20,000 bases of DNA from the NCBI GenBank assembly GCA_021432655.1, contig MU271180.1, positions 136,048-156,047 on the forward strand. Reading direction: 5' to 3'. Every line of letters begins with the position of its first letter. The stretch's first letter is position 1. Below are positions 9,800-20,000 of the stretch, in pieces. The DNA comes from Atractiella rhizophila (taxonomy: Eukaryota). A program made the position numbers and the translations under genes. The notes beneath the pieces are model-generated. The model worked only from the letters and a program-made list of their open reading frames with translations, ran no database searches and was not told the DNA's origin.

Positions 9800-10925
9800 T
9801 CAAAAGAACCTAATGATCATAAACATGAAAAAACCAAACCAGCACAACAACACCCAAAATGCCAACCATCAACCAAGTCGTGCCCCCACTCGTCTTATTC
9901 AACACCTTCAGCCTGCCCCCCTGCTTATTCATCCGGTCAAAATTGCCCTGTATCGCTCTCTCCGCACCCTCCAACGCCTCCTTATCCTTCTCCATCAGCG
10001 TGCCGAAATGCAAGCTGTTGAGTTTGAGCTGGCGCGCCATGGAGGCGAGGTCGGAGGTGAGGGTGTCTTGCACGGAATGGTGGTGCTCGAGGAGGTGGGA
10101 GGACCGCGGGGGAGAAGAGTTCGACGGTGATCTCCAGCGTGAGAATGTGAGGTGCGTTGCCGTGGGTAACTTGGCTGCGTGAGTGGTGGGAGCTCCTCCT
10201 GATTTGTGTTTGGAGGAGAACCTGGAGCCGATGGAACGCGAGAGTCGCCGTCGACGGGGATTAGGCCGGTGTCTAGCTCAGTCATCTTTGAAGTTGAAGG
10301 AGGAAGGAGTGATGTTGGGTCTGCATCTGCATCTGTGTTTGGAGACGTGGCGGATGGATCGGAAGAGGGTCTTGTCAGCGGAGCGGGTGGAGGACCTGTG
10401 GGACGTAGAGCGGATAGCGGGGAGAGAACGGGTGTAGGTTGTGAGCGCTGAAAGACTAGATTGGTCATTTGTACACTGAGGAGGATGGAGGACATACGGC
10501 GCGTAATGCATCCACTAGAGGGTCTAGAGAAATGAGCCTGCTCTTCAATGAGCCTGTGAGCGAGAGTGAAGAAGCCGTGCTGCGTGGCCGCTTTCTCGAT
10601 AAAGAGGAGAGCGAGGCTTCCATCCTTCCCCCATAATGCAGCCGTCAATTCTCCCTCTTCCCAGCTTGCACAATAGCGAGAGCAGAACACGCACCTGTCG
10701 TCATCCCACTCCTCCACCGTCTTCCTCAAGTACTCTGCCGTCTACCCACTCACAACCTGAGCAAAGATACTCCCAAGCATCAAATAAAGAGCGTACAGTG
10801 AGATGAGAAAGGCATTCAGACCACTGCAGCGACTCGACAGCGATGGGTGACGCAGCGAGTTTCTCAAGTTGGCGAATGAGAAACCGCACGTTCTGCTTGT
10901 CTGTGTAGCTCAGTCGTGACCCCAT
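9800..10925 (-). CDS. USE1: ER Qc-SNARE Use1/Slt1; two apparent 1-nt indels
   Basis: SNARE motif LLEHHHSVQDTLTSDLASMARQLKLNSLHFGTLMEKDKEALEGAERAIQGNFDRM followed by TM segment TTWLMVGILGVVVLVWFF(MFMIIRFF* after removing one base). Introns 10796-10742, 10694-10625, 10497-10448. Start at ATG 10925 (or 10937). Confidence 0.85.
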
Positions 10926-11060
10926 TGCTTGCTGCATTGCTTGCTTCAGAGATGGGATAATGGCGTGTAAGTGCTGTGGAGAAAGCTGTCACGTGGTTTG
11001 TTACAATTATTCGCGACATTTGCCACCACCAGCCCTGGCCATTTGAGCGGCAGATTTAGA

Positions 11061-11082
11061 GCTGGCAGCTGGCAGCTGGCAG
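11061..11082. repeat. Tandem 7-mer (GCTGGCA)x3 in the USE1 / F-box divergent intergenic region
   Basis: gctggca gctggca gctggca g read directly. Confidence 0.8.
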
Positions 11083-11458
11083 TATAGACGCATACTTGAG
11101 GAGCCGTCGCGTTCCTTACATTGTCTATCCCGGACACCGATAATAGAAGCGTTTCGAGCTCAACTGCTGCTCAACCCCCTCGAAGTCTGCGAGCAAGTTG
11201 TCAGAGAGTTGGAGCTAAGGTCTGAAATCTGAAGAAATCGGTTCAAGGCTACAGCAAACGTGCTAGCCATAGGGAATTACGCGAACTCTTGCCAACTTGA
11301 ACGACATTTCCAAGAGCGAGTCATCCAGCTCCATCAATATAAACTTCCACCACTCGATCTCGAATCGAATACTATTATACCTGCTAGCAAACTCGTAGAA
11401 AGTGAGTGTTTCTCAGTTGTCGGGAGCAGCGCTGACAAGTGACTGGTAGATAAATCAT

Positions 11459-13074
11459 ATGCACTACACGGTCACGCAACAGTCTCCTCCAGCTGTAGCC
11501 ACTGAACTTGAGCGGAAAGTACATCGAGATGGAACGACGGCTCAAGGTCGTGGACGCGACGTTGATCTGCCAACCTCGAGAGTAGAACTCCTAACTCTAC
11601 CGATAGAGCTCCATCAGCACATTCTCTCATATCTCCCCGCACGAGACCTTGGTGTTCTCTCTTCAGTATCAACAAAGGTCAATGAGCTGGTCGAGACATA
11701 TGGATGGAAAGACATGGTCAATGGTGCGTCATTTCTACCCGTCTACAAGTACATATTTGATGAATTTGTCAAGGAATTGGGCCTGGGCGTCAAAACACAA
11801 CTCTTGACACCCGCTCCTTCTCTTCCCAGCCGAGCTGGAAGGACAAAGTGCGGTCACACCACTACTCCCAGCGCTCGCTCTCGACCCATAGGTTTTCTTC
11901 CCTCCAGTATCTCCGTCAACGTCCACCTCGAGAACGCGGAATGTCCATTCTGCGACTCGTAGAAAACAACCTCTTTGTCTCATCTGGACGAACCGTGGAA
12001 GTTTTCTCATTAGATTCGCAAGGACGATCCAACAAAGTTGTATCATGCCAACTGGCTAAAGATGTCGTCGGTTTGGCACCCATCCCGGCGGTTGATCCGT
12101 CATCGTCACAAGAAACAGAAGCAGAAGCAGAAGCAGAATTTGTCACTGCAGACCGCCTGGGAGAGATTCGGCTCTGGAAGACCGTCAATTCTGCTCGAGG
12201 GCCAAAGATTCAAGGCGGGCGACGAATCTCGAATCCCCATCGATCGGATTCAAGCATTCAAGCTATCCATGCCTCCTCGTCTCTCCTTGCAAGCGTTGCT
12301 GCCTCCCGTTCGCGTACACACATCACCCAACTGCCTTCCGTCCTCTCTTCCCAACTATCTCGTTCTCAGAATCGTGCCCAACAGACTTCCTCGAACACGA
12401 GCTATTTGACTATCCATTCCCTGCGCTTAACTGCCGCCAAAGCCCCTCCAGAAACCCTCCCGTTAGCTTCAAAACCATGGGCTGTCTACTTATCACCAGA
12501 GCAGAGCCATGTTTTTGTTGGCGCCACGAAGCGCACCGGTCTCCTAGCGCATCCCATACTCCCTTCCGGCCTAGGACGGGTTGACGAAACGAGGTTTCTG
12601 AGTGCACCCGCTCAATCCGCCTGCTATTCCATCACCGCTCCATCTGCACGGACGCATTCGACTCTCAACCCTTCATCGACTATCGTAACGGGTTGGTACG
12701 ACGGCCACGTCCGATTATACGACTTGCGTTCTGGGAAGGCTCCTGTGCTCTCGCTTCACGACCGGTGGAATGATAGTGCTTGGTATTGCGTCTCCACTTG
12801 GGGGACAACTGTTGTCGCTGGCGGCATGAGGAATGGCCTCGTCGGTTTATGGGACGTACGTGCGACATCCGGAGGCATCAGCGCTTTTATGGTGGAAGAA
12901 AGCGATAAGTGGGACAGAGGGAAGGAGGACAGCCCGATTTACGGGATTGAGATTAGGGGAAACACGATAATGGGAAGCACCGACCGGAGAGTCTGGACTG
13001 TTGACGTTGGGGTGGATAAAGGAGTGATAAAGTGGTATAAACATAAAGAGAAAAAGGTGCGATTACACTTGTAG
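11459..13074 (+). CDS. F-box / WD40-repeat protein
   Basis: F-box LLTLPIELHQHILSYLPARDLGVLSSVSTKVNELV. Intron 11724-11773 (GTGCGT..AAG) joins ORFs 11459 and 11848 in frame. WD-type repeats FVTADRLGEIRLWK, IVTGWYDGHVRLYDLR, VVAGGMRNGLVGLWDVR. Confidence 0.85.
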
Positions 13075-13108
13075 AAGTATGGTAACGGCCGTAGATTGAT
13101 TGTACATT

Positions 13109-15740
13109 TCAATGCATCGTCTTTAATGCTCTGTTCATTTCCTCTGTTGTGTCGCATGCATCAACCATCCAGGTTCCATACTGTGTTTTGAGCCATTCAT
13201 CCCAAATGCAATCCGCACTCATCCCACTCCTCGTCGTCTTAACATCCCTTCTACCTCCCACAGGTCTTCCTTTCAACAATCCCTTCTGTTCCCATGCTGC
13301 TTCAACCATGCTTTCCGGGTCGTTCATGTAGGCGTATTCGATGTCGAGATATCCGAAATGCACTCTCCTCAGGCTTGGCATTTGCCAGATGTCCATTTCT
13401 TCAGGTCGCCTGATATCAAGCATGTCTCCATCATCTACACCACCATCGATCAACCGTAAGTGGAGCTTCTCGAGCTTCGGGAGCCTCAACAGCGTCAGGA
13501 TTTCCTCATGTCTCCTTCCTATGAGGCCGACTCTCAATATTCTCAGCCCGACGCAACGATTCAAGTACTTGACAAGCTTCGTCAGTCTCATGTCCTTAAC
13601 ATGCAGATGGAGAGATCTGAGTCTCGAGGTGAGAAGACTCGAGAGGCCCTGAAGTTCGTCCTCGCGGCCTGCGCGCTGCCGGGCTTCTCCTAAATGGAGA
13701 TCTTCTACGGTCCCTCCTGAGCCAGCTCCAAGAGAAATGAACCATCTCTTGATGTGAGTGTCAGACCACTTGACTGGGGACTGCACGATCGCGAGAGACT
13801 TGAGACCAATCGGGGGAGGAGGGAGGGGCTCGGCTTCTGTTATGACAGTTGATGGATGGGGAATGGGACAGTACCATAGTCCCAGATGCTTCAGGTTCTT
13901 CGATTCCTTCAGCTCGGGGAAACAAACGAAGAAATCCGCCTCTCGGAAGGTCGCTCGCCGGGGCATCCACCGAGGTCTAGCTCCGTAGAACGACAAAACT
14001 TCCAGGGAGGGCATGGCAGGAAATGTGAATGGTGCGATTACATCCGTGATAGTGAGAACACGTAGGGTGTTCCACGGCGGGTTGATGAGCCTGAATCGAT
14101 AGGTAGGGAAAGAGAGGACTTCGAGATAGGAGGAAAGTTCGAATCCTTCCTGTGGGATCGTTACATTCCGATCTAGGGGAGGGGATGGGGAGCGTCGTGG
14201 CGGCGGTCCTGCGGTTGGAGGGTCTGGGCTCACTGGAGGCGGGATCAATGTGAGACCCCTGAGATGTGGGAGATGGGAAGAGCTGAAAAGCCTGAAATCC
14301 GTGGGCGAAATGTTGTCCTTCCTAATGCACAGATATTGGAGCGATCTAGGTGGGATTCCGGAAGAGAAGAGTGAGGAAAGCTTGCGATACTGTGACGGAG
14401 AATTGAGCGGTTCATCGACGGGATGTCCTTGAAAGTTATTGAGAGCCAATCTCTTAAGTCTAGCTTTTCCTTCCTTAAAAGCATCCGAAGGTAACACAAA
14501 CGCAGTATTCTCTGTAAAATCGATCGAGAGTTCCTCCAGTCCACTTCCAACAGAAAGAATAAGTTTCCTCACCACGGAACCGGCATTTTGATCTAGGCAC
14601 CAATTAATGTCGAGCTTCCTAATCCACTTCTTCCACTCTGGAAAAATATCGACCCTCCGGGCGATCCACTCCACTGTAGCGTTCATAGGACGATGATCTC
14701 TCCTGTCGAGCAGTCTGGGTCGTCCCCAGAGGCAGCGCCACATCTGACTCCTGACAATGGCCACCCAACGTTTGCGGACCAGGCAGAGGGGAGCCATCTG
14801 AGAAAAGGTGCGATGAAACATGTCCACATCGAGGGAAGATAGCTTGACGTCTATGACGTGCAGATAATGTACCTCCTCGATGATCTGTATGAGAAGCTCG
14901 TTGGGTATTGGGAGGTCGTCCGATCGCGAAGGGGTAGGAAATCGAGATGGACGAGAGGAGGGATAGGTGGTACCGCTCCTTGTAGAGTTTGGATCACGAG
15001 AGTGGGTCGCATACGCTCGAGGAGGTGAGGAACTTCTTGGATATGCAAAATGTGTCGGATGCGGGTATGCTCCAGATCGGTAGCGGTCGTGTCCGTTGGC
15101 TCCACCATCATATTGCGCGTTGGGATAATGAGGCGGATGAGGATAGGAGGGAGAAAGAGGAAAAGAACGGACTCTCCCGTTCAGAGGAACAGGATAGACA
15201 CGGCCAGGGCGGGGATCGAGTCCGCTTCGAGGTACAGGATAGACCCTACCCTGGGCAGGAAGCCGCGGCGGTCCATATGATGTTTGAAAAGGCGGACCAG
15301 AGCTATTGCCGTATGGATGTGTAGGACGGGGAGGTGGCGGAGGCGGGTTGTACTGGTTCCCAGAGGGCGGCGGATTGGATCTTGATCCAGTGCTGGCGGA
15401 GCGGTTAACGGGAGGAGGAGGAGCGGTCCGCCCAGACGTGGTCCCTGGCTGAGAAGGTCGACTCGGAGGGTTGTTGGGACGAGTCGTGCTCCCGTTTGAA
15501 CTTCCAGCGTTAGCAGCATTAGAGCGTGAGGCACTTGCGTTCGGGTTAGGATTGTTACTTGCAGAAGAGGCTGGAGGAGGTCGTCCACGAGCCAAATATG
15601 CATCAGTAAATGCCTGCCTGTTATCCCACAATCCCAATCAGTTCGCGAACTGATAAGTAGATGTAATGAATGAGAAAAGTGACGGACGCTTTCGCTCGTT
15701 TCCTTTCGGCAATAGCTGCTCTTTCGGCTGCTGTTGACAT
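13109..15740 (-). CDS. Pro/Ser-rich N-terminus + F-box-like motif + LRR (RNI-like) protein
   Basis: First exon 15740-15688 (MSTAAERAAIAERKRAKA), intron 15687-15618, then one long exon. F-box-like LPIPNELLIQIIEEV..LCLVRKRWVAIVRSQMWR; LRR strands IRKLDI, LEELSI, LKRLAL, LQYLCI, LEVLSF, LKHLGL, LRSLHL, LPKLEKLHL. Confidence 0.8.
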
Positions 15741-16479
15741 CTCGCTGGCTGATCTGAGTGCTAAAGGAAGTTCAAAGGTGGAATTGGTGGATATGGGATG
15801 TGGGCATTGCAGTAAGGTAATTCATGAGTTTGACGAGGGTAAACTGAGATGTTATATGATCCGTTCATCCACAAAGGCTGGCATAAGGCAACATCAAGAC
15901 AAGGAGACAACATTCCGCGTTCCACAATGGACAAAGAAAATGACATTCAGTCGCATCTGTTTCGACGTTCGAGAGCCACAATCCATTACTATCTCATAAT
16001 TATGGCACTTGATAAATTCACGCAAACGCTGGGCAAATTGATAATTTGCTGAGTAGGCGCATAGTAGTAATAAAGATAATGAAATAATGAACCTGAGAAA
16101 CAATGGGGTACTAATAAATGGCAAGGAGACAAGAGCATAGCGTCTTCATCATCCTTCAGTGTGCCATTCAAACAGTGACAGCAACCTTCGCAATTGCGGG
16201 CATGTAGCATGATCACTCAAGGCATCACGGCTGCTAATCAAACTGAAAGAGGAAAGAGAAGTTGGAAACCTTACATGTAATACATGCAACACATGCAACA
16301 GCGGGGGCAGAAAATGAATGTACGCGATGTACCCGCTTGTGGCATTGCTGACATTCCGAGCCCTGCCAAGTACCGCCGATGTACCGTACGTCTCATTCGG
16401 ATAACATGCAGGCTGTCCTTGGAGACGCTCCATTGTCTGCTTCAGTCGAATTGGTTCGGTAGAGTGAAGCTTGTGAGGT

Positions 16480-19400
16480 ATGGCTAGCAGGTTCTCAAAG
16501 GCGAGGTTCTCGAGACTTGATTCTGGCGAGTATGTTTCCTATTTAAATTTTTCTTTGTGATGTTTCCGTTGGGATGCTGATTGGTTGCGCGTCTTAGTCA
16601 AGCATTAGCAGCTCACAGGTCGTCGCGCTCTCTTCCCTTCTCTCGCAACCCATTCGAGGCTCCCACCAACCGCAAAGTGCTCGGCGACCGTCGGTTCGTC
16701 TCATCTCCTCTTCCTACAGTGTATTACACTCTGACCATTTTCTGCTTGTTCGCACCGCAGGAGCAGCAGCGACGTCCGTTCGCGCGCGCTCCACCTCCGC
16801 TCGAGCTCGCACGATGGAGACGAAGAAGAGGGAGAGGAGTTGGCGGATGGACCGTGGACGGAGGGTTTGACGGATCTCTTCTTCGTCGCAGCTCTATCCT
16901 CCTTCAACAAGACGCATCAATTAGCCCAGAAGGTCTTGCTTTTCCCTTTCTCCCAAGATTGGAGCTAAAGTGTTATGTCATGGATGTCAAGGTGCAATTG
17001 GCGTCCTACACTGGTGCGTTCTGTACTGCTCTCCTCTCGTTTTCATGTACCAGTATGATCCTCCCACTGAAACGGCATTTTCGCAGGATTCTTCGTCGGT
17101 GTGTCTGCTCAATTTTTTAAACGAGTAGATTACAGCACTGAATGCGGATGCAGTGATATGGTGGGTATGGACCTCACAAGTACGTAAATCATCGTCCTTT
17201 CTCTTTCTCTATGACTGTCACTGACGAGTTCATGGGTCAAAAAGATCCTTTACGACGTAAGGTATCAGACCTCGGACATCTTCCACCGGCTAGTAAAGGT
17301 TGCCCAACTACTCATCTTCAGCACATTCGCCGCATACTCGGGATATCTCGAACTCTCCTACGGCATAGCAGCCAATGGCGCCGATTTAGACGGTCTCAGT
17401 CATGATGAAGAGCTGAGCAGGAAGATCCAGGATGCGGCTGAGGGCTCACAGAAGAAAAAATCACTACAGGTGCCTGCTTTCGATCCAATCCTTGAAATTG
17501 TCCCGTCAAGATATTTCTGTTGATGACCCTTTCCATCCAGGCTTTTGCTCTCACGTACATCGTCTCCAGAGGTCTTCTCTCGATCCAATACGCACGTCGT
17601 ATGTCTTTCTCCGCCCATCTGCAACTGACCTGACCGTATTTTTATTTGTCCATAGTCTGGTTTTACCTTCGAAAGGCACGTGTGCAAGGAACCGTGAGCC
17701 AGAAGACGGTGACTATCCCAATCCTCGTCTCCCTCGTCTCCGCCGCTCTCTGGGCCGCAGGATACGGCCTCCTCACCACCACTACGTCCCGCAAGTGGGC
17801 TATCGTCCGTCTCATCCTTTGGTATTCTGGCATCCTGCTCGAACTGTTGGGTGGTGCGTTATCCTCCATACTGCGAATCGTTGAAACCGTGCTCTGTTTG
17901 ACCGTGGATGTTGTGGTGGGATGGATAGGGCTGTACGAGACCCAGCTGGAAGGTTTCGTCAGGTACCGACGGACGAATTTGGGGGAGAGGGTGGGGTAAG
18001 TTTATACTTTGCTTTCGTCTTCGCTGTCAATAGCTTCGATAGTTCGAGATGGACTGACATGACGAACGTTGACACAGGCTGCTTTCCCTCATCATCATCG
18101 GAGAAGGCGTCATCGGCCTCGTCGAGGTCAGCACTCTTTTCTTCCCGTTCTAGAGGGCGAGTTGCGAAATGGAATTGAGAACAGGTCGCGCAGTCCGTCA
18201 CAAATGGCGTAGGCTTCACGCCGATCACCTACATTCAGGTACACTCCCCGTCATATTCTCTTTCCTCTCCTAGTTGCTTTTTATCATTGCCTACTCTGAC
18301 CCTCTTCGTACACCATCATTCAGGTCCTCGCCTCCTTTGTGCGCCCATACCCTCTATCTCCTACTCCCTACTCTGACAATTGCATTTGTAATCCACAGTT
18401 GGTCGCTTATTGCATCTGGGCTGTCTATTTTGATGGTACGTGACCTTCACCGCCCCTCACTCGGTGCAGGTTGGATACTGAAGTTTGATGTGGTGAGGCA
18501 GGCTTCGGAAGACGACTGGAAACGGGCAGGTTGCGCTCACTTTTGTGGACTTACGAGCACTTCATCCTGCAATTAAGGTGAGGATCCTGTTATTTATGAC
18601 AAGGAGCCTGAGGTGACCTTGCTTTTGCGGGACAGCATTGTCTTTATTTTCGCTGGGATCAGAGGCAGTTTGGCTATCACAGTGAGTTTTATCCTGATTT
18701 GGCGTCCTTTCATCTGATATATCTCACTGCCGCGAACCTGCTGTTTGCGTGCTAGGAAGCAACCTTTAGCACAGAATACTTCCTTGACAAAACCATAGAT
18801 TCTCTGATCAGCATATTCGACCTCAGCGGACCTCTTAACACGTCCCAGCTCACCCAGGACAACATTACGCTCGCTGGTGATTTGTCTCGGTTCGTAATTC
18901 ATCTTTTCACCCCNNNNNNNNNNNNNNNNNNNNNNNNNNNNNNNNNNNNNNNNNNNNNNNNNNNNNNNNNNNNNNNNNNNNNNNNNNNNNNNNNNNNNNN
19001 NNNNNNNNNNNNNNNNNNNNNNNNNNNNNNNNNNNNNNNNNNNNNNNNNNNNNNNNNNNNNNNNNNNNNNNNNNNNNNNNNNNNNNNNNNNNNNNNNNNN
19101 NNNNNNNNNNNNNNNNNNNNNNNNNNNNNNNNNNNNNNNNNNNNNNNNNNNNNNNNNNNNNNNNNNNNNNNNNNNNNNNNNNNNNNNNNNNNNNNNNNNN
19201 NNNNNNNNNNNNNNNNNNNNNNNNNNNNNNNNNNNNNNNNNNNNNNNNNNNNNNNNNNNNNNNNNNNNNNNNNNNNNNNNNNNNNNNNNNNNNNNNNNNN
19301 NNNNNNNNNNNNNNNNNNNNNNNNNNNNNNNNNNNNNNTTAACGTCCTCATAGACCTTCTCTCTATGTATTCACGTCCTGTGGAGTCTTCCTCCTTCTAC

Positions 19401-19941
19401 TAGCCATCCTCAGACTCCAAGTCCGATGGCCCACTGATTTGTACGGCTGGCTCTCGATCGCCGTCCTCGGAGTTTTCGGAACCATCTTCTCCTTCTTCAC
19501 TATCTTCAGCAAAGGAGATGGAAATATTAAAGTTGTCAATGACGACGGGGATATAGGATCTGTCCCTAAAGTATACGACATAGTAGGATCGTACTGGCTG
19601 CGTAACCACATTTCTCCTTCTCATACTGCCGCTAGTGCTGGCTGATGGTGGCCTTGACAGTCCCGACGCTATTCTTGATATTCGCAATCGTCGTCTTCCT
19701 CGAACAGCTCATCCTCTTCTTTGCTACGCGGCATTACGCTCGAGAGGTCAAGAAACGGGTACTGACGAGTGACCTGACCTCTGAGCCCCCGTCCCGTGCA
19801 TCCACTTTCCAAAATCAGGAAGGTCATGCGGACGCTTACGAAATACCCTACCTCCCCACGTATCCCCCCGTCTCTGGAACAGGATCAGAATATACGGACG
19901 AGAAGAAGTATAGATATGATACCATCGACTCGAACTTTTAA
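16480..19941 (+). CDS. LtrA (low temperature requirement A)-family multi-pass membrane protein, spanning the assembly gap
   Basis: Spliced peptides PWTEGLTDLFFVAALSSFNKTHQL, VIWWVWTSQILYDVRYQTSDIFHRLVK, YIVSRGLLSIQY, LGERVGLLSLIIIGEGVIG, CIWAVYFDG, LLWTYEHFILQL. After the gap, TM exons YWLLPTLFLIFAIVVFLE run to stop 19939-19941. ATG 16480, first intron 16530-16597. Linkage across the gap is inferred. Confidence 0.8.
18914..19338. other. Assembly gap (425 N)
   Basis: Run of N. Confidence 1.
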
Positions 19942-20000
19942 ATTTTTCGAATCAGTGTGCAGTTTTTCGACTTTGTTGTGATACCCTGATGTTAGGAAAA

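Noticed and set aside
9048..10112. Programmed ribosomal frameshifting in KAR2/USE1
   Set aside because: Mixed-direction indels clustered at short homopolymers in two genes fit sequencing error; no stimulatory structure was seen.
12118..12138. (GCAGAA)n encoding EAEAEAE in the WD40 gene
   Set aside because: Ordinary short coding microsatellite.
18882..19403. ORFs running through the N gap
   Set aside because: Artefacts of ambiguous bases.
1..20000. tRNA/rRNA genes, CRISPR arrays, transposase or RT domains
   Set aside because: None recognised by eye; small snoRNAs cannot be excluded without an Infernal/Rfam search.

Overview
Intron-rich fungal genomic DNA, probably basidiomycete (short GT-AG introns of about 45-80 nt with CTRAY branch sites), so the ORF track fragments most genes and I spliced them by hand. 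In order: (1) a 5'-truncated trypsin-fold serine protease (TARH / D / GDSGS; Ssy5/S64-like) with a helical insert, followed by about 1.7 kb with no convincing ORF but about 10 intron-like units on the + strand; (2) a small disordered protein ending in a conserved fungal LRVDVNL...LKAKIHGDLTL motif; (3) V-ATPase subunit H (VMA13, - strand), head-to-head with (4) ER Hsp70 BiP/KAR2 (HDEL); (5) ER SNARE USE1 (- strand); (6) an F-box/WD40 protein; (7) a Pro-rich F-box/LRR protein whose stop lies 34 bp from that of gene 6; (8) an LtrA-family membrane protein interrupted by a 425-nt N gap. Five single-base indels at 9048-10112 break KAR2 and USE1 and look like homopolymer sequencing errors. The least explained region is 1-3300.
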